This document shows, in pieces, positions 20,959 to 31,045 of a stretch of 64,000 nt of DNA. Both the position numbers and the translations under genes were made by a program. Below the pieces are notes generated by a model. The model had not been told where the DNA came from, searched no databases, and saw nothing but the letters and a program-made list of their open reading frames with translations. Origin of the DNA: an uncultured euryarchaeote (lineage in GTDB: Archaea > Thermoplasmatota > Poseidoniia > Poseidoniales > Thalassarchaeaceae); NCBI GenBank assembly GCA_937911265.1, contig CALDRG010000023.1, positions 2,959 to 66,958 of the forward strand. Reading direction: 5' to 3'. Within the stretch, counting starts at the first letter, position 1; the number at the start of each line of letters is the position of its first letter.

Positions 20959-22377
20959 ATGCACACGCGCGAGGAGTTGTACATCGGCGGCCAATGGGTC
21001 AAATCTCTTGGCGAAGGCACGATCGAAGTGGTCAATCCAGCCGATGATGAATTGATTGGCTCGGTGCCAGTTGGTTCGGCCGCAGACGTGGATGCCGCGG
21101 TGGCCGCAGCGCACTCCGCTTTCCCCTCTTGGTCGCAGACTCCGGTAGGAGAGCGTGCGGAGTACCTAAACAGACTGTCCGCGGCCATAAAGGAGCAGGC
21201 TGAGGAACTATCTCAATTGATTACGGCCGAGGTTGGCACTCCCATCAACTACTGCAGGATGGCTATGGTGGGAACCCCGAAGGTGGTCTCGCGCTCATAC
21301 GCGAAGATTCTCGATGGATTCGAGTGGGAGCAGGAGGTTCGCAATTCACTTGTGGTTAAGGAGCCTATTGGCGTGGTAGCAATGATTACTCCTTGGAACT
21401 TCCCTCTCCACCAGATCATCGGTAAGGTGGCACCCGCCATCGCCGCCGGCTGCACCATGGTGGTCAAGCCATCCAAGGAGGCACCACTGAACGCCTTCGC
21501 ACTCGCAGACATCATCCACGACATCGGGTTGCCTGCTGGAGTGTTCAACCTAGTCTCTGGACACGGTAGGGAGATTGGCGAGGTTCTGAGTTGCCACCCC
21601 GATGTCGACATGGTCAGCTTCACTGGTTCCACCAGCGCTGGGGTTAGGGTCAGCGAATTGGCCTCTCCCAGCGTCAAGAGGGTCACCCTCGAGCTCGGCG
21701 GTAAGAGCGCCAACATCATCCTCGACGACGCCGACATCGCCAAGGCATCCGGCTCTGCAATATACTCCTGCTTCAGTAATTCCGGACAGGAGTGCTCGGC
21801 GCTGACGAGACTACTCATTCCCGAGTCCAAACGCGATGAGGTGATTGAGATTATTTCCACCAAGGTGGCCAAGTACACCGTTGGTGACCCACTCGACGAA
21901 TCGATGCGTTGCGGCCCTATGGTGTCAAAGCGGCAGCAACAGAGCGTGGCCTCGTACATCGCCAGTGGAATCGAGGAGGGTGCAACTCTGATTGCTGGGG
22001 GTCAGGGCATGCCCGAGGGACTGGATTCAGGTTGCTTCGTCAGACCCACCGTGTTCGCCGACGTGACTCCTGAGATGACTATCTTCCGAGAGGAGATATT
22101 CGGCCCCGTCCTCTCTATCACCACCTACTCTACCGAGGACGAGGCAGTCGCGCTGGCCAACGACTCCGAGTACGGACTCTCCGGAGGTGTCTGGTCGGGA
22201 GATGATGAACGGGCCATGAGGGTCGCCCGTCGGTTGCGCACCGGGCAGGTAAGCATCAACGGAGGATTGTTCAACGTCTCAGCGCCATTCGGTGGTTACA
22301 AGCTCTCTGGGAATGGGCGCGAGCTCGGGGTTCACGGGCTTGAGGAATACCTCGAGATCAAGGCGATTCAACGCTGA
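20959..22377 (+). CDS. NAD(P)-dependent aldehyde dehydrogenase
   Basis: ALDH signatures ELGGKSANIIL and FSNSGQECSA (catalytic Cys). 472 aa. Confidence 0.85.
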   Translation: MHTREELYIGGQWVKSLGEGTIEVVNPADDELIGSVPVGSAADVDAAVAAAHSAFPSWSQTPVGERAEYLNRLSAAIKEQAEELSQLITAEVGTPINYCRMAMVGTPKVVSRSYAKILDGFEWEQEVRNSLVVKEPIGVVAMITPWNFPLHQIIGKVAPAIAAGCTMVVKPSKEAPLNAFALADIIHDIGLPAGVFNLVSGHGREIGEVLSCHPDVDMVSFTGSTSAGVRVSELASPSVKRVTLELGGKSANIILDDADIAKASGSAIYSCFSNSGQECSALTRLLIPESKRDEVIEIISTKVAKYTVGDPLDESMRCGPMVSKRQQQSVASYIASGIEEGATLIAGGQGMPEGLDSGCFVRPTVFADVTPEMTIFREEIFGPVLSITTYSTEDEAVALANDSEYGLSGGVWSGDDERAMRVARRLRTGQVSINGGLFNVSAPFGGYKLSGNGRELGVHGLEEYLEIKAIQR

Positions 22378-22385
22378 GGGTCAAT

Positions 22386-22967
22386 ATGGGTAGACCCCGA
22401 CTACTGGTCATCACCGGCAGCAGCGGTGTCGGCAAGTCAACTATCTCCGCCAGAGCAGCATCATCTCTGGGATTCTCCAAGAGCGCCTCCACCGACACTA
22501 TTCGGGAAACTCTGAGGACCCAGTTCGATTCCGAGCAGGCACCTGCTCTGCACCGCTCTTCCTTTGAGCCCGCGGGAAGCGGGGTCATCGAGGACTGGCA
22601 CGCGACTGTAGTAGTTCTCTCTGAGGCTATTCAGGCGGTTGTGAGCAGAGCGGTCTCGAAACGCTCTGACTTACTCCTAGAAGGTGTCCACCTCATCCCC
22701 GGCAGCGGTATTCTCGAAGGTTGGAGGGAATCTGGAGGGGTCGCCAGTGGAGTGCTACTACACGTAGGGGATGAAGGCACCCACCGCCAGTTCATCAGGA
22801 TGAGAGAGAAGCACAATGACCGCGGACTGGGTCACTATCTGGGTAATCTTGATCGCATCAGGGCGATTCAAGAAGAGATGTTGGAAAAGGCTGACGAATC
22901 CGGATGGCTCGTCCTCGATGCTAGCATCGGCGACCCGGTTGGACAGATAGGAGATTCGTTCGAGTAA
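22386..22967 (+). CDS. 2-phosphoglycerate kinase-like P-loop protein
   Basis: LLVITGSSGVGKSTISARAASSLGFSKSASTDTIRETLR matches the 2-PGK family N-terminal signature (Walker A + STD.IRE). Confidence 0.5.
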   Translation: MGRPRLLVITGSSGVGKSTISARAASSLGFSKSASTDTIRETLRTQFDSEQAPALHRSSFEPAGSGVIEDWHATVVVLSEAIQAVVSRAVSKRSDLLLEGVHLIPGSGILEGWRESGGVASGVLLHVGDEGTHRQFIRMREKHNDRGLGHYLGNLDRIRAIQEEMLEKADESGWLVLDASIGDPVGQIGDSFE

Positions 22968-23543
22968 TTAGAATCCCAGCGTTTCGAGAATCATGTCGGA
23001 CCTCTCCTCAAGTTCCTCGAGAGAACCCTCGTTGAGGATAATAGCGTGAGCTTGCTCCATCAGCATCTCAAGCCCCCATCCCCATTCGCGCTCCTCACGT
23101 TCGGCGAACTCCGTTCCGCCGCCGTCCTCTCCTCGCCCACGCCCCTCGAGCCATTCTGATCTCGATTGAGGCGTCGCTGACACTGCGACCACCGTGACAT
23201 CGTCGATATGCTCCCTCAGTCGATCCATCTCTTCGGGCTGGCGCATTCCATCGATGAGAACATCTGACTCCTCCAAGGTACTCATCAAACTCGAAATCAG
23301 CCTATCAACAACAATCTCCTCGCCATGCTCCTCGCGCATCGAGAGAGCAGTCTTACCTACGTTCGCGGGAGTCTCCGGCAAACCCTTCGAGGCCATCTCA
23401 GAGCGCACGATGTCACCCAGTGATAGGACACTCATCCCTCGCTCAGACGCTTTTCGTGCCACCACACTCTTACCCGAGCCGGGCGGACCGCACAGCACCA
23501 ACACGCGCCCCGTCATGGTCTGCGGTGAAGGCTCCTCGAACAT
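22968..23543 (-). CDS. UPF0200-type P-loop nucleotide kinase (adenylate/dephospho-CoA kinase-like fold)
   Basis: VLVLCGPPGSGKSVVARKASERGMSVLSLGDIVRSEMASKGL...NVGKTALSMREEHGEE. True start may be the internal Met (~23516). Confidence 0.5.
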   Translation of the reverse strand: MFEEPSPQTMTGRVLVLCGPPGSGKSVVARKASERGMSVLSLGDIVRSEMASKGLPETPANVGKTALSMREEHGEEIVVDRLISSLMSTLEESDVLIDGMRQPEEMDRLREHIDDVTVVAVSATPQSRSEWLEGRGRGEDGGGTEFAEREEREWGWGLEMLMEQAHAIILNEGSLEELEERSDMILETLGF

Positions 23544-23562
23544 GACGCTTGCTGGCCTTAGG

Positions 23563-24396
23563 CTATCTGCCGACCCATTCTGCGTCTTCGCGCTTGAGGA
23601 AGGCCGTCACTCCGATTTCCTTGTCCTCGGTGTCGAATAGAGCCACGAACTCCGAACGCTCGGTGAGAACTCCTTCTGTGAACGGCAGATCTAGAGCAGC
23701 ACGTACGGCACGCTTCGCGACCCTGACAGTGTAAGGTGACTTCCTAGCTATATTCTCCGCAAGTGCAAGCGCCTCTATCTCCAGTTTTTCGGGCTCGACC
23801 ACCTTGTTGACCAGACCAATGCTCAAGGCCTCTTCTGCCCCTACCATTTCCCCGGTCAGAGTCATTTCCATCGCTTTGCCGTAGCCCAGCAGCCTGCATA
23901 GGCGCTGGGTCCCACCGCCGCCCGGTATCAGTCCGAGGTTAATTTCGGGCTGTCCGAACTTGGCTCGAGTAGAGGCGACTCTCAGGTCGCAGGCCAGCGC
24001 GAGTTCGGTGCCACCACCTAGTGCGAAACCATCTACCATGGCGATAGTCGGCTTGGAAAGGCCCCAGACCGCCTCCCAAGCATTGTCCGCGAAGAATTCA
24101 CGTACATCGTCCGAGTTCTTGCCCGCGAATTCGGAGATATCTGCACCAGCAGCGAAGGCTGCCGGTTTGGGACGCTTTCCTTCTTCCGGCGTCGGCGGGG
24201 CCGCACCTCGGATGACCACGGCCCTGACTGCGTCGTCCGACTCAACCCGCACACACTGCTCCTTAATCGCCAAATGCGAGTCACGGTTCAGAGCGTTGAG
24301 CTTCTCGGGGCGGTTCAACGTCCAGACGGCCACTACTCCACCCGAGGGACTGCATCCCTCAATAGCGATGTCATCAGTAAGCAGCACCTCGCTCAT
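23563..24396 (-). CDS. enoyl-CoA hydratase/isomerase (crotonase superfamily)
   Basis: VAVWTLNRPEKLNAL, AFAAGADISEF oxyanion-hole region. Confidence 0.8.
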   Translation of the reverse strand: MSEVLLTDDIAIEGCSPSGGVVAVWTLNRPEKLNALNRDSHLAIKEQCVRVESDDAVRAVVIRGAAPPTPEEGKRPKPAAFAAGADISEFAGKNSDDVREFFADNAWEAVWGLSKPTIAMVDGFALGGGTELALACDLRVASTRAKFGQPEINLGLIPGGGGTQRLCRLLGYGKAMEMTLTGEMVGAEEALSIGLVNKVVEPEKLEIEALALAENIARKSPYTVRVAKRAVRAALDLPFTEGVLTERSEFVALFDTEDKEIGVTAFLKREDAEWVGR

Positions 24397-24440
24397 GCGA
24401 CGTCCACAGTCCCCTTGCGCTTCAATTTTCAGTTACTCGA

Positions 24441-25358
24441 CTAATTCTCTTCGCGTGTGACTGGCGGAGGCATTGGCGGCATTCCGGGAGGCGGAGGCAT
24501 TGGCGGCATTCCGGGAGGCGGAGGCATTGGCGGCATTCCTGGAGGAGGGGGCAAAGACGTCCCAGACACATCAGGAGGAGCCTGTGCTGGTGCCTTCTGT
24601 ACCAGCATTTCCAGAGGCAGTTTGACTTTCAGGATGCGCTTATCGTCGATTCGTATGTAGGAAACGCCCTGTGGCTTGCTGGTATCTGCCTCTTCGGGTT
24701 CCTCGAGCACAGTCAGTCCGTGATTTGGGTCCTTTAGCAGAGCAGCGAGATCCTCGCCGTCCTCAACAGCCGACCATGCCCTCGCCTTGGACGCCTTCCT
24801 CTCTGCTAGGTCCATCCGACGCTTCCTAACTAGTTGGGAACGTATCTCGGCTCGCTTGACCCTCCTGTCGCTGACGTACGCCTCGACTTCCGCCTCTTCC
24901 CCGGACTGCGGGTCTGATTCGGCCACGTATCTTGATGCCACAACGGTACCATCGCCTGGAACGGGAGGCATAGGTAGCGTCGGCCCCCCTTCATCCTCAG
25001 TTGCCGAGACTGACGGTAGCACAAGCATAGGTGGCGGTAGCGCCCCAGCGACGGGCTGCGCTACTTTCCCCCTGCTCCGCTTGATTTTGCCCTCGCGACG
25101 CTCGCTTGCTCCCTCGAGCTCAAGTACGGGCTCAGGCAGGTCGAATTCGGCCTGCGGCTCCTCCACAACCACAATCTCAGCCTTAGGTGGCTTGGGTACA
25201 GGAGAACGGCCTGAGAACATCAGAATCGATACCAGAGCGAGCAGTATTGTACCACCCGCGATCCTAGTAATCGGATTCGCCTCGCCCTGCAGGATTAGAA
25301 ACAGCGGAATACCTAGGAAAACCGCCGCCCAGAGGACCATACGAGTTAGCGAGACCAT
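24441..25358 (-). CDS. membrane protein with charged linker and C-terminal proline-rich PPPPGMPPM tandem repeats
   Basis: Two N-terminal TM helices, a Lys/Arg/Glu-rich middle region, and a C-terminus with 3.5 copies of a 9-aa repeat. Confidence 0.5.
   Translation of the reverse strand: MVSLTRMVLWAAVFLGIPLFLILQGEANPITRIAGGTILLALVSILMFSGRSPVPKPPKAEIVVVEEPQAEFDLPEPVLELEGASERREGKIKRSRGKVAQPVAGALPPPMLVLPSVSATEDEGGPTLPMPPVPGDGTVVASRYVAESDPQSGEEAEVEAYVSDRRVKRAEIRSQLVRKRRMDLAERKASKARAWSAVEDGEDLAALLKDPNHGLTVLEEPEEADTSKPQGVSYIRIDDKRILKVKLPLEMLVQKAPAQAPPDVSGTSLPPPPGMPPMPPPPGMPPMPPPPGMPPMPPPVTREEN
24457..24560. repeat. perfect 27-bp tandem repeat (x3.5) encoding PPPPGMPPM
   Basis: ggcggcattccgggaggcggaggcatt repeated head-to-tail on the + strand, inside the 3' end of CDS 24441..25358. 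Confidence 0.75.
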
Positions 25359-25391
25359 GCCTATCGGCCTGTCACGGAGAGCGCCCCGCCT

Positions 25392-25988
25392 TCACCTTGA
25401 CGGGGAGTTGAGGAGGTCCGCGAGACGGTTTATCGCCCTCGCTCTGTGTGTGATTTCACTTCTTTTGCCTTCTCCCCACTCTCCGAAGGTGCGCCCGTCG
25501 CCCTCGTCAGGGATGAAGATGGGGTCGTAGCCGAACCCCTGATCTCCCCTCGTCGCCTCGGAGATTCTACCTCTGCAAACACCTGTACTGCTCCACGTCT
25601 CGACTCCATCGGACACAATGGCGACGGCCCTGTACTCAGCACCCCTATGCCGATTGTCGGCCATCATCTCAAGCAACCCTTCCAGGCCGATTTCCCTCTC
25701 GACATCAGATGATGCAGCTCCTGGCCAGTTCTCGAAGGCATCGAGGAAGATCCCTGAATCCTCGACCATGATTGCGGATCCCTCGAATTCGGTGCCGTGT
25801 ATGAGTTCGAGCGCTTGTTCAATCTTGGCCGCGGCCACAGCTTCTAGGCCGAGTTCCTTCGGCTCCTCGAAGTCAGGCGGAAACCCATCGACCAGCAATT
25901 GCTCGACGTGGTGTCCGGATAGTTCCAGTACTACGGACGCTTCCTCCACTTTGTTGGGATTGCTGGTTGCGAACAGTATCTTCATCAC
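25392..25988 (-). CDS. non-canonical purine NTP pyrophosphatase (ITPase, HAM1/RdgB family)
   Basis: ILFATSNPNKVEEA...FGYDPIF signatures. Confidence 0.8.
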   Translation of the reverse strand: MMKILFATSNPNKVEEASVVLELSGHHVEQLLVDGFPPDFEEPKELGLEAVAAAKIEQALELIHGTEFEGSAIMVEDSGIFLDAFENWPGAASSDVEREIGLEGLLEMMADNRHRGAEYRAVAIVSDGVETWSSTGVCRGRISEATRGDQGFGYDPIFIPDEGDGRTFGEWGEGKRSEITHRARAINRLADLLNSPSR

Positions 25989-25993
25989 ATCGC

Positions 25994-26629
25994 CTATCCG
26001 TGATACCTGACCCTGCCCCTGATAGCGTCGAACCTAGAGATGACATCACTGGCTCCAAATTCGCTCTCTCCGTCCCTGAGGTAACCCTCGACCATTGCTT
26101 CCACAGCGCCCTCAAACTCGGAGTGACTAGCCGTCAGACATTCGTTGAGGACCTGTAGATCCAGTCCCATGTGCTCGAGTTCGGGTGAAATCCTAGCGAG
26201 GCCAAAGTCAATCAGACTCAGGGAGCCTGAGGCATCGATTAGTATGTTGTGCGTGGTCATGTCTCCGTGGGAGAAACCTTCCTCATGCAACCTCCTGATC
26301 AGCGCCCCGGTGGACTTGACTGCAGCGAGATCTGCTGAACCGTCCCTGAGAGCATCGCACAGGGGTCTGCCGTCCATGCGAGAGAGCAGCATCCAGCCCC
26401 CCTCGACATCTAAATCATACAGAGAGGGAGAGGGAAAGCCAATGAGGTGCAGTCTGCCGAGAACTCGGGCCTCCACTGATAGGCGCTGCCGTGTCAGCCT
26501 GCGGTCTAAATCAGGGTGCCTGTAGCCCCGAGGCCTGCGCATTTTCAGGACTGCTGGCTTGCCCATCCAGGTACCAGCGGTGACAGTAGCCTCTGCACCC
26601 TCATGAAGCACTTCGGAAGGTTCCCACAT
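25994..26629 (-). CDS. bud32: Kae1-associated serine/threonine kinase Bud32 (KEOPS subunit)
   Basis: LHEGAEATV...AVLKMRRPRGYRHPDLDRRLTRQRLSVEARVL...HGDMTTHNILI...LIDFGLA. Start set at internal MWEPSEV. The ORF track extends 20 codons further. Confidence 0.7.
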   Translation of the reverse strand: MWEPSEVLHEGAEATVTAGTWMGKPAVLKMRRPRGYRHPDLDRRLTRQRLSVEARVLGRLHLIGFPSPSLYDLDVEGGWMLLSRMDGRPLCDALRDGSADLAAVKSTGALIRRLHEEGFSHGDMTTHNILIDASGSLSLIDFGLARISPELEHMGLDLQVLNECLTASHSEFEGAVEAMVEGYLRDGESEFGASDVISRFDAIRGRVRYHG

Positions 26630-26671
26630 TGGTATAGTGGCGGCGCCCATGCAACTCCGAGATGAGATGCC

Positions 26672-27811
26672 TTGAAAGCGGTTGCACATAACGAAGGCCC
26701 GGGAGATATGACAATCGAGCTTCCGTCCGCTCCGATGCCCCGTGGCAGCCTGATTCCAGGTTCTTACTCAGAGTTTGATATTGAGATAGAGGCAAGACGT
26801 TTGCAAAGCGCCATTAAGCAGCCAGTGAGGTGGAGTCTGGACACCTGCAGGGCGATTGCACCGCTCACTCTCGAGATTAACAATCTGAAGCGGAAGAACG
26901 ACGTTTTCCTAATCGCCCACTCCTATCAGACCCCTGACATCACTTACGGCGTAGCCGATTCGGTGGCCGACAGTTACGCGCTTTCGAAGGAGGCCCGGGA
27001 CGCCCCACAGCAAACTATCCTGTTCTCCAGCGTTCGTTTCATGGCCGAGACCGCTAAGATAGTCAGTCCACACAAGCTCGTACTCCACCCGTCTCCCGCG
27101 GCAGGCTGCTCTTTGAGCGATGGCATCACTGCTAAGGACATCTGCGACCTCAAGGAGAAACACCCCGGAGTCCCCGTCGTGTGCTACATTAACACCAGTG
27201 CCGAGGTCAAGGCCGAATGCGATGTCTGCGTAACCAGCAGCAACTACATGAGAATCTGTGAGATGCTTCCGGGAGACAGTCTAATCTTCGTCCCGGACCG
27301 TTTCATGGGTAAGCACTTGCAGAACCACTTGGCAGGAAAGAAGGAAATTATCGTGTTCGATGGGGAGTGCGAGGTGCACGCTGCATTCACCGGCGATAAG
27401 ATTCGCAACTGGAGGAAGCGCACTGCTGCGGTCGGCATCGATCTGAAGGTGCTCAGTCACCCCGAGTGCGATGCCGAGGTAATAGAGGAGAGTGACTTCG
27501 TCGGTAGCAGCGAGGTGTTGATGAACGAGGCACTTCGTCTCGCTTCGGAGGGAAACAAGGATCTGATGCTAATCACCGAGTGCGGCACTGCTGACAGGGT
27601 GATGGCGGAGTCCGATGACGATTTGAACCTGATAGGAGCATGTGTGATGTGCCCTCACATGAAGACGACCCAGCTCGAGGATATTCTGCAGGCACTCAGA
27701 AATCCTCGTCCCGAGCAGGTCATCGAACTCGATGCAGACGTCATAGAGAGGGCGAGAAGCAGCCTTGACGAGATGTTTCGACTCACCGAGGAATCAGTCC
27801 CGGCGTTCTGA
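26672..27811 (+). CDS. nadA: quinolinate synthase
   Basis: LIAHSYQ, FMAET, three Cys ligand regions, HPEC, TECG. The ORF-track start is a TTG. The true start may be an internal Met ~12-20 codons downstream. Confidence 0.8.
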   Translation: MKAVAHNEGPGDMTIELPSAPMPRGSLIPGSYSEFDIEIEARRLQSAIKQPVRWSLDTCRAIAPLTLEINNLKRKNDVFLIAHSYQTPDITYGVADSVADSYALSKEARDAPQQTILFSSVRFMAETAKIVSPHKLVLHPSPAAGCSLSDGITAKDICDLKEKHPGVPVVCYINTSAEVKAECDVCVTSSNYMRICEMLPGDSLIFVPDRFMGKHLQNHLAGKKEIIVFDGECEVHAAFTGDKIRNWRKRTAAVGIDLKVLSHPECDAEVIEESDFVGSSEVLMNEALRLASEGNKDLMLITECGTADRVMAESDDDLNLIGACVMCPHMKTTQLEDILQALRNPRPEQVIELDADVIERARSSLDEMFRLTEESVPAF

Positions 27812-29863
27812 GGCGGCTTGGTACGCCCACAGGAATAACAGCGGTATCAGCATCAGGATTGCTGCTTGCAAAATCACCGATGAGTACGGCTGAAAAGTCT
27901 CCCCCGAATATACCTTGAGAGCAGATGTCCCGTCAGAATCAACCTCGACCCAAGCTACGTCCTCCAGCAACACCTGTGGGTCTAACTGATCGACGTCGTC
28001 GTCGTGGGTTATCGCCAGAGTGGTGTTCGCCCCGATGTCATGCAGGTAGACGTCACTGGCTGTTGCAGCTTCTTCAGGGCCCGGTATCTGGAGGAATGCC
28101 ACGCGCCCGTGAGCGACGCTTGGAGATGATGACTGCCACTTCGGGTCGGAGAGTAAGGTCTGCTCTCCGGTCAGTATGTCCACCAGAACAGTTCGGTTGA
28201 CCGGGCCGACATCGACTACCGCGACAACCCAAGACGGATCCATGTCAATGTCGATGACCTCCGCTTCACTGTAGTTTACTGCGATGCCGGAGATCTCCTC
28301 CAAGTACTCGTCCTCGTCCTTGGAAGCCGTCACATCCAGAGTCAGACTGATGGAGATGCTACCTGAAATCGAAGTCACGTTGACAGTAGGTGAGGACGAT
28401 CCCCCAACAGCCCACGCCACCAACTGCTCGGATGCGGCTACGATTGAGAATGTTCCCCCGGATGCTACTGTGCCGACAGGTACCTGCTCATCATCCACGA
28501 TCTCTAGGTAATCTTCGTGAACCATAATCAGCAGAGGTTGCCCTGTCTCCGACTCGGCTATGGCAACATCGAGCAACACCTCGCTCTCGTTGCGACTGAA
28601 CTTCGGAGAGAACTCGGTGCTGATTGATTCGAGTTCGTAGTAATCCAGCCTATGCGAGTCGTGAAGCACCAGCGAGGAGCCCGAGATGACGACGGCCGGT
28701 GAAGACTCCCATGGCTCACCCGAGATCATACTGCCTTGCTCGACACTCGCATTCCAGACACTTATCGAGACACTCATAGATTCAGGGTCCTCCTCGACCG
28801 AGACCAGCCACCCGTCAGAGCCGGCAGCGGATGTCGGCCACTCCACTCCCTCGACAGGGAAGTCCTGATGCGTGGCGTCCCATAGCAACACTAAGCCAGT
28901 GGAGAGGAGCAGTGCCGCGATTATCGCACTGGTCTGCTTCCTGTTCGGCTCCTTCAGTGGCCTGAACACAGAGATAATGCTGCTGACCGTGCCTCGGATT
29001 GACTTGCCTGGATCCGCGATAGCGCGCGCCAGTCTGCGGCTGAATAAGCGCTCGTCTACGACATTCCAAAATGGCTGATTGGTCCTAGAGGTCATCTGGA
29101 CTGCTACGATGCCTACCGCCATGCCACCGATGATGTCGACTATCCAGTGAATGCCGAGGTAGATGATGGTGAATGCAGTCAACATTGTGAATGCCATCAG
29201 GAAGCTGCGGTACTTCTCCCACCTGCCGTCATCGTCCCATCTTTGCATGGTCAACCAGATCGCGAATGGTAGTCCAATGTGCAGGCTGGGCATGCCGTTT
29301 GAGAACGGGTCGATGCGGGTGAACCAGTTGTTAATCTCGGGAGTCAGGTCGTAAGCGATGGTCTGCATAGCCGGAATGTGGTTCCCGGTCACTCCTACGT
29401 TGAAGAACAGGTAGAATGGGATGGCTATGACGTAGACCCAGAACATCGACAGTGACACCCTGTCCGCCATGTGCCTGTCATCGAAATATATTGGGTACAG
29501 GAAGGAGGCGAAGGTGGCGGTCATGAAGCCCATGACGTAGAAGTGAGTGAGAGCTTCGTCGAGGAATGCGTTGCGGAGCCCCTGCTGTACCCACAGCACG
29601 ATGTCACCCTCTACGGCGTACACATAGGGAGTCATATCGATCTGGGTGTTGGCCATCAGGGCCCTGTCTATACCATCCAGGAGATCCTTCCAGAGATAGA
29701 CCGAGAAGACCACAATCATATGCGCCCAGTAGCGCCTGAACATGTCGATGAAACCGTCAAGGCTGAGTTTCGCATACTTCGGCTTGAACAGCGGCATCAT
29801 CGCTATGCTGAGTATGATCGCACCTGTGACCCAGGTGATGTAGATGCCAGTGCCCGCTGCCAT
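27794..29863 (-). CDS. multi-pass membrane protein with PAP2-like phosphatase motifs fused to a large extracytoplasmic domain and C-terminal TM anchor
   Basis: N-terminal ~270 aa carry 6+ TM helices with PSLHIG and HWIVDIIGG (PAP2 C2/C3-like). A ~380-aa Ser/Val/Glu-rich domain follows. C-terminal TM ILQAAILMLIPLLFLWAY. Confidence 0.45.
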   Translation of the reverse strand: MAAGTGIYITWVTGAIILSIAMMPLFKPKYAKLSLDGFIDMFRRYWAHMIVVFSVYLWKDLLDGIDRALMANTQIDMTPYVYAVEGDIVLWVQQGLRNAFLDEALTHFYVMGFMTATFASFLYPIYFDDRHMADRVSLSMFWVYVIAIPFYLFFNVGVTGNHIPAMQTIAYDLTPEINNWFTRIDPFSNGMPSLHIGLPFAIWLTMQRWDDDGRWEKYRSFLMAFTMLTAFTIIYLGIHWIVDIIGGMAVGIVAVQMTSRTNQPFWNVVDERLFSRRLARAIADPGKSIRGTVSSIISVFRPLKEPNRKQTSAIIAALLLSTGLVLLWDATHQDFPVEGVEWPTSAAGSDGWLVSVEEDPESMSVSISVWNASVEQGSMISGEPWESSPAVVISGSSLVLHDSHRLDYYELESISTEFSPKFSRNESEVLLDVAIAESETGQPLLIMVHEDYLEIVDDEQVPVGTVASGGTFSIVAASEQLVAWAVGGSSSPTVNVTSISGSISISLTLDVTASKDEDEYLEEISGIAVNYSEAEVIDIDMDPSWVVAVVDVGPVNRTVLVDILTGEQTLLSDPKWQSSSPSVAHGRVAFLQIPGPEEAATASDVYLHDIGANTTLAITHDDDVDQLDPQVLLEDVAWVEVDSDGTSALKVYSGETFQPYSSVILQAAILMLIPLLFLWAYQAASERRD

Positions 29864-29923
29864 GTCTCATCCTTTTCGGGTCGTGAGCGCGTCATCAAAT
29901 CGACCCCTCTGCGAGAGGCTCCG

Positions 29924-30937
29924 TCAAGTAATGCGCACCTGAGGTCCGGAACCCTCTTCGAGGGTGGCCATAATGTTGTCCACTATCAAGTCAAACGAGA
30001 TCGCCGTCTCACCGTCGGGCTCAGCAATAATCCGATGCACCCCGTCATCACCCCCTCTGACTATCCCCGGATCGAAAGGCAGGGAGCCGAGGAACGGCAC
30101 ATCCAGTTCTGCGGCGGCGGAGGCACCACCTCCGGACTTGAAAACATCCAGAGTCAGCGACCAGTCACCTGCCTCATCAGCCAACGCCTGCAGAGGTACA
30201 CCTGCCGGCCCCATTACCGAGATCTCGGTGTTAGGCTCGGCTGTGCCCCGGATAGTGTAACCGCTCATGTTCTCGACCACGCCCAGTACCGGGACAGAGA
30301 GCGTCTTGGCGAAGTTGATTGACTTGCGACTATCGAGCAGCGCTACCTCCTGAGGAGTAGTGACGATTACCACGCCGTCAATTCCCGGCAGGTTTTGGCT
30401 AACTGTAAGAGGCTCGTCGCTAGTCCCAGGGGGAAAGTCGATGATGAGGGCGTCGAGTTCGCCCCAAGCCACGTCACCAATGAACTGCTGGATGGCCCCG
30501 AGCTTGATTGGACCCCTCCATATGACCGGCTTGTCAGGGTCCTCAAGCAAGAAAGCCATCGATATCACCTTCAGCCCGTGAGGACCAGATGCGGGATGTA
30601 TCTGGCCGTCCTCGACATTCAGCTCAGCGTCATCTATGCCGAGCATTTTTGGCACATTCGGACCGGTGATGTCGATGTCCATCAAACCAACTCTCATGCC
30701 CCTGCGCGCGAGGCACAATGCGAGCCCCGTTGCGATGGTGGACTTGCCCACCCCCCCCTTGCCGGAGAGCACCATGACCTTGTGCTTGATGCCCTCGTCC
30801 AGCTTGGTTATCCGCAACTTGCGTTGCATCTGTTGGTAGGCCTGCTCCATCTGTGATTTCTGCTCGAGAGAGGTATCATCTTCAGCAGTCTTCCCGTCCG
30901 AGTCTCCCGTATGGTGGCTAATCGGTGAATCTGCCAT
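29924..30937 (-). CDS. apbC: Mrp/NBP35-family iron-sulfur cluster carrier ATPase
   Basis: VMVLSGKGGVGKSTIATGLAL deviant Walker A, plus the CxxC region typical of ApbC/Nbp35. Confidence 0.85.
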   Translation of the reverse strand: MADSPISHHTGDSDGKTAEDDTSLEQKSQMEQAYQQMQRKLRITKLDEGIKHKVMVLSGKGGVGKSTIATGLALCLARRGMRVGLMDIDITGPNVPKMLGIDDAELNVEDGQIHPASGPHGLKVISMAFLLEDPDKPVIWRGPIKLGAIQQFIGDVAWGELDALIIDFPPGTSDEPLTVSQNLPGIDGVVIVTTPQEVALLDSRKSINFAKTLSVPVLGVVENMSGYTIRGTAEPNTEISVMGPAGVPLQALADEAGDWSLTLDVFKSGGGASAAAELDVPFLGSLPFDPGIVRGGDDGVHRIIAEPDGETAISFDLIVDNIMATLEEGSGPQVRIT

Positions 30938-31045
30938 GTCACGTTCGCGGCATGAGACATACTTGAATTCTGTTCAGACCGGTCCAGACTCAGTTTTGCG
31001 AATATTGCGGTTTAGTTCATTAAATCCGGACCGCATAGGGTTGTC

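Noticed and set aside
24457-24560. Tandem direct repeats considered as a possible CRISPR array
   Set aside because: Units are contiguous with no spacers, are in-frame within a CDS, and encode a proline-rich peptide repeat.
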